A stretch of 8,513 nucleotides of DNA from a virus (lineage: Duplodnaviria; Heunggongvirae; Uroviricota; Caudoviricetes). The position numbers and the translations under genes were made by a program. Positions within the stretch are counted from its first letter, which is position 1. Each line of letters starts with the position of its first letter. Below the pieces are notes generated by a model, which saw only the letters and a list, made by a program, of their open reading frames with translations, ran no database searches and was not told the origin of the DNA. Shown here piece after piece: positions 1 through 7,114 of the stretch. The stretch is from IMG/VR virus record IMGVR_UViG_2563366822_000013; one strand, 5' to 3'.

Positions 1-1053
1 ATGACGTTACCACTAAGAGATTACTATCCTATTGAGCGCGCGGCAAAGTTATTAGACTGCGATATTGATGATCTTATTCATTGGGCTGTGACAGGCTGCA
101 TTCGTATTTGTATAAAAATTGAATCTGCATATGGAATATTAAATATCCCAGATGAAAAAGATGTGGTTAATTTCGATTGTCTGCGTAAGTTTCTGGATTC
201 AGAACCATGTAAATCACGGTTATCTGACCTTGATGCCATTTCAGAAAGGGCGGCAGAACACCATGGTTTTAATTATATAAAAACCAAGTCGAGAATTATA
301 TTTGATTCAATGTGCGAATCTCTAAGTCATTCATATGTAGCGCCCAAATTTGGTGACATAGCAATTGATACTGCATTTGCTTTGTTAAATTATTATAACA
401 GGGGGTTATATTATGGGGAAAATTATCACATATATAGTGTATATCGAATAGCAACGGATGAAAGAGCTGTGGCAGTTGTACCACCAGTATTTAAAGGTAT
501 TCAAGAAAAATACCATAAGTATTTTGTTGAAATAGGCGGCATTTTCGCTTTGGGGGGAAGTTTTTTTGCCAACTATGATTTTAATAAGAAGTTTAAAGCC
601 AACCGAATAATTAATAGCAATATTATAATTGCTTCTGACGTTGATATACATATAGGAGTAATTGTTACTGAGGATGTTTCTTTTGATATTGGTGATTTAT
701 ATATCTTAAAGAGTGATTTTTTAAAAATACAAAATGCTACAAGCTCCAATAGCGAGTTAAGAAAAGATTATGTTAATCCATTGGCAGACACTTTATATTT
801 GTGTGCGGGTAACAATATATTAAGCTCTGAGGATGGAGAGAAAGATATATGCACCAATAAAAACAATATAGAACGATTATCTAAAACAATGAAGGATTTT
901 TTTCGTGCGATGCTTGTTATTCATTATAAAGAACTCGAAAACAATCCGGTAAAACTTGCTGATATATTGACCGCGGAAGCAAAAGAGGCAGGACTCAATA
1001 TGCGCTTTGATAAAAGTACTATATCAAGATGGATTAAGGCATCATCTCAGTAA
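1..1053 (+). CDS. Hypothetical protein, 350 aa, low-GC cargo gene; HTH-like segments at both termini, central domain unrecognised
   Basis: Uninterrupted ORF from ATG at position 1 to TAA at 1051-1053. Visibly AT-rich (roughly 35 percent GC by eye) against about 50 percent for the rest of the window. N-terminal segment IERAAKLLDCDIDDLIHWAVTG and C-terminal segment GLNMRFDKSTISRWIK both have a helix-turn-helix look. No catalytic motif recognised. Start coincides with the window edge, so upstream context is unseen. Confidence 0.6.
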   Translation: MTLPLRDYYPIERAAKLLDCDIDDLIHWAVTGCIRICIKIESAYGILNIPDEKDVVNFDCLRKFLDSEPCKSRLSDLDAISERAAEHHGFNYIKTKSRIIFDSMCESLSHSYVAPKFGDIAIDTAFALLNYYNRGLYYGENYHIYSVYRIATDERAVAVVPPVFKGIQEKYHKYFVEIGGIFALGGSFFANYDFNKKFKANRIINSNIIIASDVDIHIGVIVTEDVSFDIGDLYILKSDFLKIQNATSSNSELRKDYVNPLADTLYLCAGNNILSSEDGEKDICTNKNNIERLSKTMKDFFRAMLVIHYKELENNPVKLADILTAEAKEAGLNMRFDKSTISRWIKASSQ

Positions 1054-1148
1054 GACCAGCAAGCATCTTAATAAGACCTTTAATACTTGCTTTCAAAACT
1101 CCGTAAAACAAAAATCTCCCCCGAAAGTTCAGAAACATAGGGGGAAAT

Positions 1149-1469
1149 ATGACTCAATCCGCATTCATTCCACCAACTCCAGAACAGCGCCGCACCATAC
1201 TCGCCGAGTATGGTTTTGACTGCGAAGAACGCATCAGGGAAGAGAAGTGTAAAAAAATGACCACGCTTTCACGCTCCCGGCGCTGGGAACTGGAGAAGAT
1301 CGGTGCTTTTCCTCCCCGTCACTCTTTGGGGCGTTGCTCATGTACCTGGCTGTTAAGTGATGTTTTGTGGTGGCTACGTAATCCGCCAGTTATTGCCAAA
1401 GTGAATAACCCATACGAAAACGCCAAAAAGAAAAGGGAGAGGGAATCCGGTAGCGCCAGAGTTGAATAA
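1149..1469 (+). CDS. alpA: AlpA/Vis-family phage transcriptional regulator (excisionase-like HTH), 106 aa
   Basis: ORF with AGGGGG Shine-Dalgarno 4 nt upstream of ATG 1149. The segment MTTLSRSRRWELEKIGAFPPRHSLGRCSCTWLLSDVLWWL matches the AlpA-family pattern (TGLSRSTIYRL...G.FP.P..LG.R...W.E.DV..WL). An internal ATG at 1257 is an alternative start. Confidence 0.7.
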   Translation: MTQSAFIPPTPEQRRTILAEYGFDCEERIREEKCKKMTTLSRSRRWELEKIGAFPPRHSLGRCSCTWLLSDVLWWLRNPPVIAKVNNPYENAKKKRERESGSARVE

Positions 1470-1570
1470 GCCCGGGCGGCTTATTGCAGCCCATCGCTTG
1501 GCGGCAAAACTTACTGATGTGAACACGTTGCTACACGTGAGGGGGAGAGGTCGGGCGCTGACAGCAGAGC

Positions 1571-1602
1571 AAAAAAAAAGAAGCTCGCTAAAGCTAGCGA
1601 GC
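1571..1602 (-). terminator. Intrinsic terminator oriented for the minus strand (8-bp stem GCTCGCTA/TAGCGAGC, loop AAGC, then a 9-nt U-tract on the minus strand)
   Basis: Plus strand reads A9-GAA-GCTCGCTA-AAGC-TAGCGAGC (A-run 1571-1579, stem 1583-1590 and 1595-1602). The reverse complement is a perfect hairpin followed by TTCTTTTTTTTT. No T-tract follows on the plus strand. Confidence 0.45.
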
Positions 1603-1736
1603 CAACCAGTCAAGGATGTGCATTTAGTGCACCTGAAACCAACAATAAGAAATAATAGGCAGAAATGATTATGGCTTTTTTACTCTTAAAAATCAATCAC
1701 TCAGCGCAATCGCGCCAAAATAATTTGCAATATTGC

Positions 1737-1766
1737 TTGACTCGCTTTTTTGTCATGGCGTATCGT
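1737..1766 (+). promoter_or_regulatory. Putative sigma70 promoter for the downstream operon (-35 TTGACT, 18-bp spacer, -10 TATCGT), overlapped by palindrome GCAATATTGC
   Basis: TTGACT at 1737-1742 and TATCGT at 1761-1766; the perfect 10-bp palindrome GCAATATTGC lies immediately upstream of and overlapping the -35. Sequence-pattern call only. Confidence 0.3.
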
Positions 1767-1793
1767 TTGCCCGCACCTCATAAAACAGGTGCC

Positions 1794-1980
1794 GGGTTTG
1801 ACAGCCTGAATAAATTGGCGGGTAGCCGCTTGTATTCCGTAATGCGGTTTTTTTGTGCCCGTAATACCACCCTTTCCCGTATTATGGCGGGGCGTAATGG
1901 GGGAGCTTTATGCTCGCTGGTTTCCCAATTTGCCAGTCTGTCAACCCTGTTACGTCTCGCCACCACGTTTGACAGCGTTG
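1794..1980 (+). promoter_or_regulatory. Untranslated leader with three mutually complementary segments (A 1794-1818, B 1925-1947, C 1967-1977), analogous to P4 seqA/seqB/seqC immunity elements
   Basis: Segment A GGGTTTGACAGCCTGAATAAATTGG can pair with segment B CCAATTTGCCAGTCTGTCAACCC over 20 bp (one bulge, one mismatch, one small internal loop). Segment C repeats the 10-mer GTTTGACAGC of A and can pair 8 bp with B. A T7 run at 1848-1854 preceded by short GC stems follows A. The region sits between the putative promoter and the first small ORF. Confidence 0.3.
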
Positions 1981-2018
1981 TAGTGAGGCTTCTTAAACTT
2001 GAATTGGGAGCCTTTCAT

Positions 2019-2192
2019 ATGGCTATATCAACACGCCCTGATTTTATCTGGCGCTTTATGCAGTGCCACGGTAAAAATATCCGCCTTCATACCGTTACCG
2101 CTGCCAGTGAGCGCGAAGCGCGCGCCCTGCTTCCGGCATCTCGTCTGGTCTTTGTTGCCCGTATCCGTGTCCGGGAGGCGTGCCATGTTTAA
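2019..2192 (+). CDS. Small protein, 57 aa, possibly Icd-like host cell-division inhibitor (kil analogue); first gene of the coupled operon
   Basis: GGGAG Shine-Dalgarno at 2006-2010, 8 nt before ATG 2019. Sequence MAISTRPDFIWRF...TVTAASEREARALLPASRLVFVARIRV resembles, from memory only, small Icd-like proteins of P4-like prophages. The 175-aa ORF from 1665 in the track is rejected as read-through of the leader. Confidence 0.45.
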   Translation: MAISTRPDFIWRFMQCHGKNIRLHTVTAASEREARALLPASRLVFVARIRVREACHV

Positions 2193-2367
2193 GCTCCTTA
2201 TCACCCTGATTAACTACCAGAACGGCGACGTTCGCCAGATGATTCATTCCTGGGAATATCCGACTTATGACGATGCATGGCGTGATGCCTGTCGTATGGC
2301 ATATTCCCGCAATGACAAACAGGGGCGATTAACCCACAAATGCGCAGTAAAAATCATGGAGGGGTAA
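2185..2367 (+). CDS. Hypothetical small protein, 60 aa
   Basis: GGGAGG at 2172-2177 precedes ATG 2185; the start overlaps the stop of the previous ORF (ATGTTTAA), indicating translational coupling. Confidence 0.5.
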   Translation: MFKLLITLINYQNGDVRQMIHSWEYPTYDDAWRDACRMAYSRNDKQGRLTHKCAVKIMEG

Positions 2368-2369
2368 CG

Positions 2370-2558
2370 ATGTACGAGATTCATATTAAATTGCGTAACG
2401 TGGTAACAGGAGAGGAAGAAAACTTCTACACGATACGTAAATATAAATCAAAAGGAAAAGCGGCAAGGGACGCTATCAGGTATACGGAAGAAATTGCACC
2501 GAAATATCAATTGCCAGAAGAAGAACTCACAGCATCAGTGGTAAAGGTGAAGAAATGA
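2370..2558 (+). CDS. Hypothetical small protein, 62 aa
   Basis: GGAGGGG at 2358-2364, 5 nt before ATG 2370; starts 3 nt after the stop of the previous ORF. Confidence 0.5.
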   Translation: MYEIHIKLRNVVTGEEENFYTIRKYKSKGKAARDAIRYTEEIAPKYQLPEEELTASVVKVKK

Positions 2559-2773
2559 AAAGCCGTTCAATATCCCGTAAAAATAATGGCAGTGGTGAAA
2601 AACGTTTCTTTGTGTTGGGTTATGCCGTTAATAAGCGCGGGTTAACCAAACATGCACATGCAACGGTATACGGAACAGGGCCGGGCGAAGCCATACGCCG
2701 CGCAGCCGAAGGGCTGGAAGAACTGGGAATGACACATTTCAGGGCGTTGAAGGTGACGCAGCTTTCCGCCTGA
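2555..2773 (+). CDS. Hypothetical small protein, 72 aa
   Basis: ATGA start/stop overlap with the preceding ORF at 2555-2558; continuous ORF with protein-like composition. Confidence 0.5.
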   Translation: MKSRSISRKNNGSGEKRFFVLGYAVNKRGLTKHAHATVYGTGPGEAIRRAAEGLEELGMTHFRALKVTQLSA

Positions 2774-2840
2774 TTTCCGAATTATCCACTGATAACTGAA
2801 TTCAATTTATATTTCGACCTTAACGGGTCGGGGAGTTTTT

Positions 2841-3146
2841 ATGTCTGAAAATCAGAATGTCCGCAATATATACAAAAAAGAATACGCTGGCTTTTTCACA
2901 GAAGATTCCATTGGCAGTCTTGAGGATGTAATAAATGTTATTGCTCTTTTTTCAGCATTGACAGGTGAAATTAATACCAAAGAACGAATTACTGTACAAA
3001 GCGATGAAATGGAATCATTAACTAACATTCTTTATCGGGAATTACGAGCGATTAAATCAGGAATGCATCTTTCTGGCGGGATTTTTTCATGGCACAAAGC
3101 TGAAGCCGCAGGGATTGCTCGGAAACAAGAAGTAACGAGTAATTAA
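2841..3146 (+). CDS. Hypothetical protein, 101 aa, AT-rich
   Basis: GGGGAG Shine-Dalgarno at 2830-2835 and ATG at 2841. Composition (roughly 38 percent GC by eye) is lower than flanking genes. No recognisable motif. Confidence 0.55.
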   Translation: MSENQNVRNIYKKEYAGFFTEDSIGSLEDVINVIALFSALTGEINTKERITVQSDEMESLTNILYRELRAIKSGMHLSGGIFSWHKAEAAGIARKQEVTSN

Positions 3147-3152
3147 TAAAAA

Positions 3153-3177
3153 CCCCACTGCAAAAGGTGCAGTGGGG
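3153..3177 (-). terminator. Perfect 10-bp hairpin (CCCCACTGCA / TGCAGTGGGG, loop AAAGG) with terminator geometry for the minus strand, immediately upstream of the primase start
   Basis: On the plus strand the hairpin is preceded by an A-run and followed by a G-run, so it is not a plus-strand terminator. On the minus strand it is followed by TTTTTATTAATT. It contains the GTG at 3167 that the ORF track used as a start. Confidence 0.35.
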
Positions 3178-3190
3178 GGGGGATTTATAT

Positions 3191-5860
3191 ATGAAACACA
3201 ACACCAGAAAAGAGATTATTAACCGTCTCATCCGTGATTACAATTTTAAAGAAGAAAATAATTATCTTCGCTATGGTGTTTGTCCGCAATGTGGAAAGAA
3301 AGAGCTGTTTACCAGCCTTGAAAGGCCGTACATCGTACACTGTGGGCGCGAAAATAAATGCGGTACAGACCTGCTGACCAAAGAACTTTACCCGGATGTG
3401 TTTTCATCATGGTCAGATCGCTATATCAGCACGAAAGACGAGCCATATGCAGCGGCGGCAGCTTACCTTCAGGAGGCGCGCAATATTGCTGTGGAGCCAC
3501 TGAAGGGGGCATTTACTCAGGAGCGATACCAGGACAAGGAAAACGGCGAACAGGCCGCTACTGTGCGTTTTACGCTGGCTGACGGCGTGTGGTGGGAGCG
3601 CATCATAGACCGACCGGAACGCTTCGCTCGCAAGGCGAATTTTTCCGGCAGCTACAAGGGGTTGTGGTGGGCTTATCCGGGAGCGGATTTAAGCAAGGCC
3701 AAAGAAATCTGGATTTGTGAGGGTATCTTTGATGCCATCAGCCTTAACCAGAATGGCATTGCGGCCGTTTCTGTCATGTCTGCCGTAAACTACCCGGATA
3801 AGGCGCTGGAAGAACTGGCGAAGCTGTGCGGTGATACCCCCCGTCCGGTTATCGTGTGGGCGCTGGATAACGGGCGTGCGGGTGAGCGTTACGCGAAAAA
3901 ACATGCAGAACGCAGTGCCGAAGATGGCTGGAGAACGGCAGCGGCGTTACCGGGTGAAAACAACAATAAACGCGACTGGAATGATTTACACATCGCCGGA
4001 AAGCTGCGTGGCCATGATGTGAAAAGATACCGCTATTACGGTGATTTATTGCTGGCGAAATCTCCAAGAGATAAGGCGCTAATAATGTTTTCCTTTCGTG
4101 AGCGAAAGGAATTTCATTTTACTTTTGATAACCGTGTTTTCTGGTTCAAGCTGGATATTGAGCGCCATATGAAGGCTGTTGAGCGTGTCATTAATGAGCG
4201 AAATGTTGACGAAGATGAAGCGCGAAAAATTGCACTTAAGGAATCCGGTGCAGTAAAAGAAATCGCAAACTGTAACCCAGCGCCGCTTTATTACATTCGA
4301 AACAATGACACGGATGAAGCATGGTATTACTTCCGCGTTACGTTCCCGGATGGCGCTACGGTAAAAAACACCTTTACATCAGGACAATTAACATCCTCAT
4401 CTGAATTTAAAAAACGCCTGTTACATGTGGCAAAAGGCGGCATTTATACCGGAACGACTACGCAGCTTGACGCATTAATAAAAAATGACCTTCCCGCAAT
4501 AAAAGAGGTTATTGGTCAGGATTTTATCGGATACAACAAGGCCATTGGGGCATGGCTGTTTAATGATATTGCTGTTTACAGGGGTAAAACTTATGAAATC
4601 AATGACGAGGATTATTTTGAAATTGATGGCATAAACGCAAAACCATTAAGCGAAAAACCCACATTACAGATTAACTACAAAAAACCGGATGAATTTACAG
4701 AGTCCTGGGTGGAAGATCTCTGGCTGGCTTTTGGTGAAAAGGGAATTATTACCCTGGCTTTCTGGTTGGGCTCCCTGTTCAGCGAACAAATCCGGGATAA
4801 AGAAGAATCCTTCCCCTTCCTTGAAGTCACCGGGGAGCCCGGAACGGGTAAATCAACACTGATTGATTTTTGCTGGCGGCTGTGCGGTCGTGACAACTAT
4901 GAAGGCGTTGATCCAACCAAAGGATCAGAGGCGGGCTGGAAGCGCACCTTTGGACAGGTCGCCGGATTACCTGTTGTTCTGATTGAAGCGGACCGGGGAG
5001 ACAATGCGCAAAAAAGAGGTGCGTTTGACTTCGATAACCTGAAAAGTCTCTATAACGGCGGTGGTATCGGCGTTCGTGGTGTTAAGGCCAACAATAACAA
5101 CACCTATGATCCGGATTTTAAGGGCGCCATCGTGATTGCGCAGAATGCGCGGGTAAACGCCTCTCCGGCAATTATTGAGCGCCTGATACGCATATACACC
5201 GATAAAAAACGCCATTCACCTGATACCCGCCTGGCGGCGAGACGGCTGGAACTTTACCCCGTCGAGAAGGTATCTGGGTTTATTCACCGGGCGGTAAGTC
5301 AGGAACGGGCGATTATGCAAACGTTCCTGGAAGTATCTCCAGCTGAAACGGAACGCCTTTGCGGATGCGAAAATATTCGCCATCCCCGCATCGCCAAAAA
5401 TCACGCACAACTTATCGCGCTGGTCAGGGCGCTGAAATGCGTTATTGATATCCCGGATGAATGGCTTGATGCCACATGTCTGGAGCTGGAACAAATGGCA
5501 ACAGCACAGGTTAAAGCGGCGGCGGCTGACTTGCCGGAAGTGATGGAGTTCTGGGAGGCGTTCGACTTCCTGGACGGCATAACAAAATACGGCGTAAACC
5601 ACTACGGCAAGGGATGCCGCGAAGGGATTGCTATCAGTATTCCGCAGCTGGCACAGGCTGCCGCCATTCACCGCGTGGAGATCCGAACCGATCGCGAAAT
5701 GATTGAGTTGCTCGGAGCCGGACGTTCCCGACCTTTGACAGGCCGCAAAACCATTCGTAGTGAGGTGTCCAGACAGGCAAACGCCGGAAAAGGAGTAGCC
5801 GAAGCCAGAGAACCTGAAGTACTGAAATGCCGGATATTCAGTTACAAGGAGGGGGCTTAA
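3191..5860 (+). CDS. Bifunctional replication primase-helicase (P4 alpha-like): N-terminal zinc-binding motif, TOPRIM primase domain, P-loop NTPase helicase; 889 aa
   Basis: Cys cluster CPQCGKK...HCGRENKCG from nt 3281; TOPRIM glutamate in IWICEGIFDA (E codon 3719-3721) and acidic motif VWALDNGRAGE; Walker A GEPGTGKST (4832-4858), Walker B VVLIEAD, and a downstream IAQN motif. Start set at ATG 3191 rather than GTG 3167, which lies inside the upstream hairpin. Confidence 0.9.
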   Translation: MKHNTRKEIINRLIRDYNFKEENNYLRYGVCPQCGKKELFTSLERPYIVHCGRENKCGTDLLTKELYPDVFSSWSDRYISTKDEPYAAAAAYLQEARNIAVEPLKGAFTQERYQDKENGEQAATVRFTLADGVWWERIIDRPERFARKANFSGSYKGLWWAYPGADLSKAKEIWICEGIFDAISLNQNGIAAVSVMSAVNYPDKALEELAKLCGDTPRPVIVWALDNGRAGERYAKKHAERSAEDGWRTAAALPGENNNKRDWNDLHIAGKLRGHDVKRYRYYGDLLLAKSPRDKALIMFSFRERKEFHFTFDNRVFWFKLDIERHMKAVERVINERNVDEDEARKIALKESGAVKEIANCNPAPLYYIRNNDTDEAWYYFRVTFPDGATVKNTFTSGQLTSSSEFKKRLLHVAKGGIYTGTTTQLDALIKNDLPAIKEVIGQDFIGYNKAIGAWLFNDIAVYRGKTYEINDEDYFEIDGINAKPLSEKPTLQINYKKPDEFTESWVEDLWLAFGEKGIITLAFWLGSLFSEQIRDKEESFPFLEVTGEPGTGKSTLIDFCWRLCGRDNYEGVDPTKGSEAGWKRTFGQVAGLPVVLIEADRGDNAQKRGAFDFDNLKSLYNGGGIGVRGVKANNNNTYDPDFKGAIVIAQNARVNASPAIIERLIRIYTDKKRHSPDTRLAARRLELYPVEKVSGFIHRAVSQERAIMQTFLEVSPAETERLCGCENIRHPRIAKNHAQLIALVRALKCVIDIPDEWLDATCLELEQMATAQVKAAAADLPEVMEFWEAFDFLDGITKYGVNHYGKGCREGIAISIPQLAQAAAIHRVEIRTDREMIELLGAGRSRPLTGRKTIRSEVSRQANAGKGVAEAREPEVLKCRIFSYKEGA

Positions 5861-5862
5861 AC

Positions 5863-6867
5863 ATGCCGATCAGAAAGCTGGATGATGGGCGATGGTTGCT
5901 CGATATCAGGCCATGCGGACGTAAAGGAAAGCGCGTCAGAAGAATATTTGACAGAAAATCGATAGCTGTAGCAACTGAACGGTACATCATAGCGAACGCC
6001 GAAAAACGCGAGTTTATACAGGGCTACCGCGACCGGAGAACCCTCAGCGATTTACTGGAGTTGTGGTGGGTTTATCACGGTCAGCACAGGCGAAAGGCAG
6101 GCACAGATAAACAGCAGCTTGGCAAAATCATTAATGAGCTTGGAGCTGACATGTTTGCGGTAGAGCTCGACAAATTAAAAATCATTGCATGGCGATCGCA
6201 GAAAATTGCGGAAGGGCTAAAGCCGTCCTCAGCAAACAGATATATGAACAGATTATCAGGGATGTTTACAACCCTGAAAAAGATCGGTTTGTGGGATGCA
6301 GAACATCCTGTTCGCGGTATTCCTGTTCTTTACGTAAAGCAGCGAGAGATGGCCTTTTTATCAAAAAACGAGGTCACATTGTTGCTTGACAGACTGAATG
6401 GAGATCAACGAAGGGTTGCGCTCTTATGTCTTTGCACCGGAGCTCGCTGGAGTGAAGCCAGCAGATTACACGGAGAGCAAATAGTTCATAACAGAATCAC
6501 GTTTCTGGAAACCAAAAACGGCAGGAAAAGAACGGTGCCCGTGTCGCAGGAGATATGCAATATCGTAAAAACAAAAGAAACCGGGCGACTGTTTGATGTG
6601 AAGTACAGAGAGTTTTGCCGGGCATTAAAAAAAATAAAACCCGATTTACCGAGGGGGCAGGCTGCGCATGTATTGCGGCATACATTCGCCAGTCACTTTG
6701 TGATGAACGGTGGCAACATTCTTGCGCTACAAAAAATCCTTGGGCATGCGACAATTCAGCAGACTATGGCATACGCACATTTTGCACCGGATTATCTGGC
6801 AGATGCCATGAGATTTAACCCGGTAGCCAACATAGTGATCACCGAAGAAAAAGAGCCAGCAGAGTAA
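5863..6867 (+). CDS. int: Tyrosine recombinase / phage integrase, P2-type; 334 aa
   Basis: AAGGAGGGGG Shine-Dalgarno embedded in the primase 3-prime end; ATG 5863 lies 2 nt after the primase stop. N-terminus MPIRKLDDGRWLLDIRPCGRKGKR resembles P2-family integrases. Box I TGARWSEA and box II HVLRHTFASHF...LGHATIQQTMAYAHF with the catalytic Tyr codon at 6772-6774. Confidence 0.93.
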   Translation: MPIRKLDDGRWLLDIRPCGRKGKRVRRIFDRKSIAVATERYIIANAEKREFIQGYRDRRTLSDLLELWWVYHGQHRRKAGTDKQQLGKIINELGADMFAVELDKLKIIAWRSQKIAEGLKPSSANRYMNRLSGMFTTLKKIGLWDAEHPVRGIPVLYVKQREMAFLSKNEVTLLLDRLNGDQRRVALLCLCTGARWSEASRLHGEQIVHNRITFLETKNGRKRTVPVSQEICNIVKTKETGRLFDVKYREFCRALKKIKPDLPRGQAAHVLRHTFASHFVMNGGNILALQKILGHATIQQTMAYAHFAPDYLADAMRFNPVANIVITEEKEPAE

Positions 6868-6896
6868 CCCGCAGAACGCTACATTCACAGCAAAAG

Positions 6897-6922
6897 AGGT
6901 CAGTTTCCCGCTGACCTTTTTT
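6897..6922 (+). terminator. Rho-independent terminator ending the primase-integrase operon
   Basis: Stem AGGTCAG (6897-6903) / CTGACCT (6911-6917), loop TTTCCCG, followed by a T-run to 6922; begins 30 nt after the integrase stop. Confidence 0.65.
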
Positions 6923-7114
6923 GTTGGCCAGAACCAACGGTAACGGCAATGCAATGGTGGCCATATTGCAGTGGTGCCGCCATCAATTTTTTGCCCCCCT
7001 GAATATCAGAAAGAGTCAAATAATGACGAGATACATTTTAATCACAGAGAGTTAATGAGAATAATACAGAGTAAGTGAGTTTAATTAACATTTTAAAGGG
7101 TCGCGCTAAAGTTT

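Noticed and set aside
1117-1145. Hairpin pairing CCCCC with the GGGGG of the alpA Shine-Dalgarno
   Set aside because: A 5-6 bp stem with a 17-nt loop is weak; possible translational control but not supportable without folding energies or conservation.
1462-1668. 68-aa plus-strand ORF
   Set aside because: It overlaps the alpA stop, runs through the terminator hairpin and A-run, and has no ribosome binding site; likely non-coding.
1665-2192. 175-aa ORF spanning the leader region
   Set aside because: The N-terminal 118 codons have no ribosome binding site and a low-complexity, non-protein-like sequence. A strong Shine-Dalgarno precedes the internal ATG at 2019, so only 2019-2192 is called.
2815-2840. 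Small hairpin CGACC-TTAACG-GGTCG followed by TTTTT as a terminator
   Set aside because: The stem is only 5 bp, and the T-run is the spacer between the GGGGAG Shine-Dalgarno and ATG 2841, so it is better explained as a translation initiation region.
3167-3190. GTG start at 3167 for the primase
   Set aside because: The GTG lies inside the 10-bp stem of the hairpin and the following codons translate the G-run. ATG 3191 with the upstream G-rich Shine-Dalgarno is the more plausible start.
3358-5671. Several internal plus- and minus-strand ORFs (62-151 aa) inside the primase gene
   Set aside because: They are fully embedded in a strongly supported 889-aa coding frame and have no ribosome binding sites or recognisable motifs; treated as frame artefacts.
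6189-6954. Four ORFs of 66-85 aa on both strands overlapping the integrase gene
   Set aside because: They lie within or across the integrase coding frame, which has clear catalytic motifs; treated as artefacts.
6971-6985. TGGTGCCGCC resembling the reverse complement of a tRNA 3-prime end, as a possible att core
   Set aside because: No T-arm (GGTTCGAATCC-like) or other tRNA features nearby; cannot be supported as a tRNA fragment from sequence alone.
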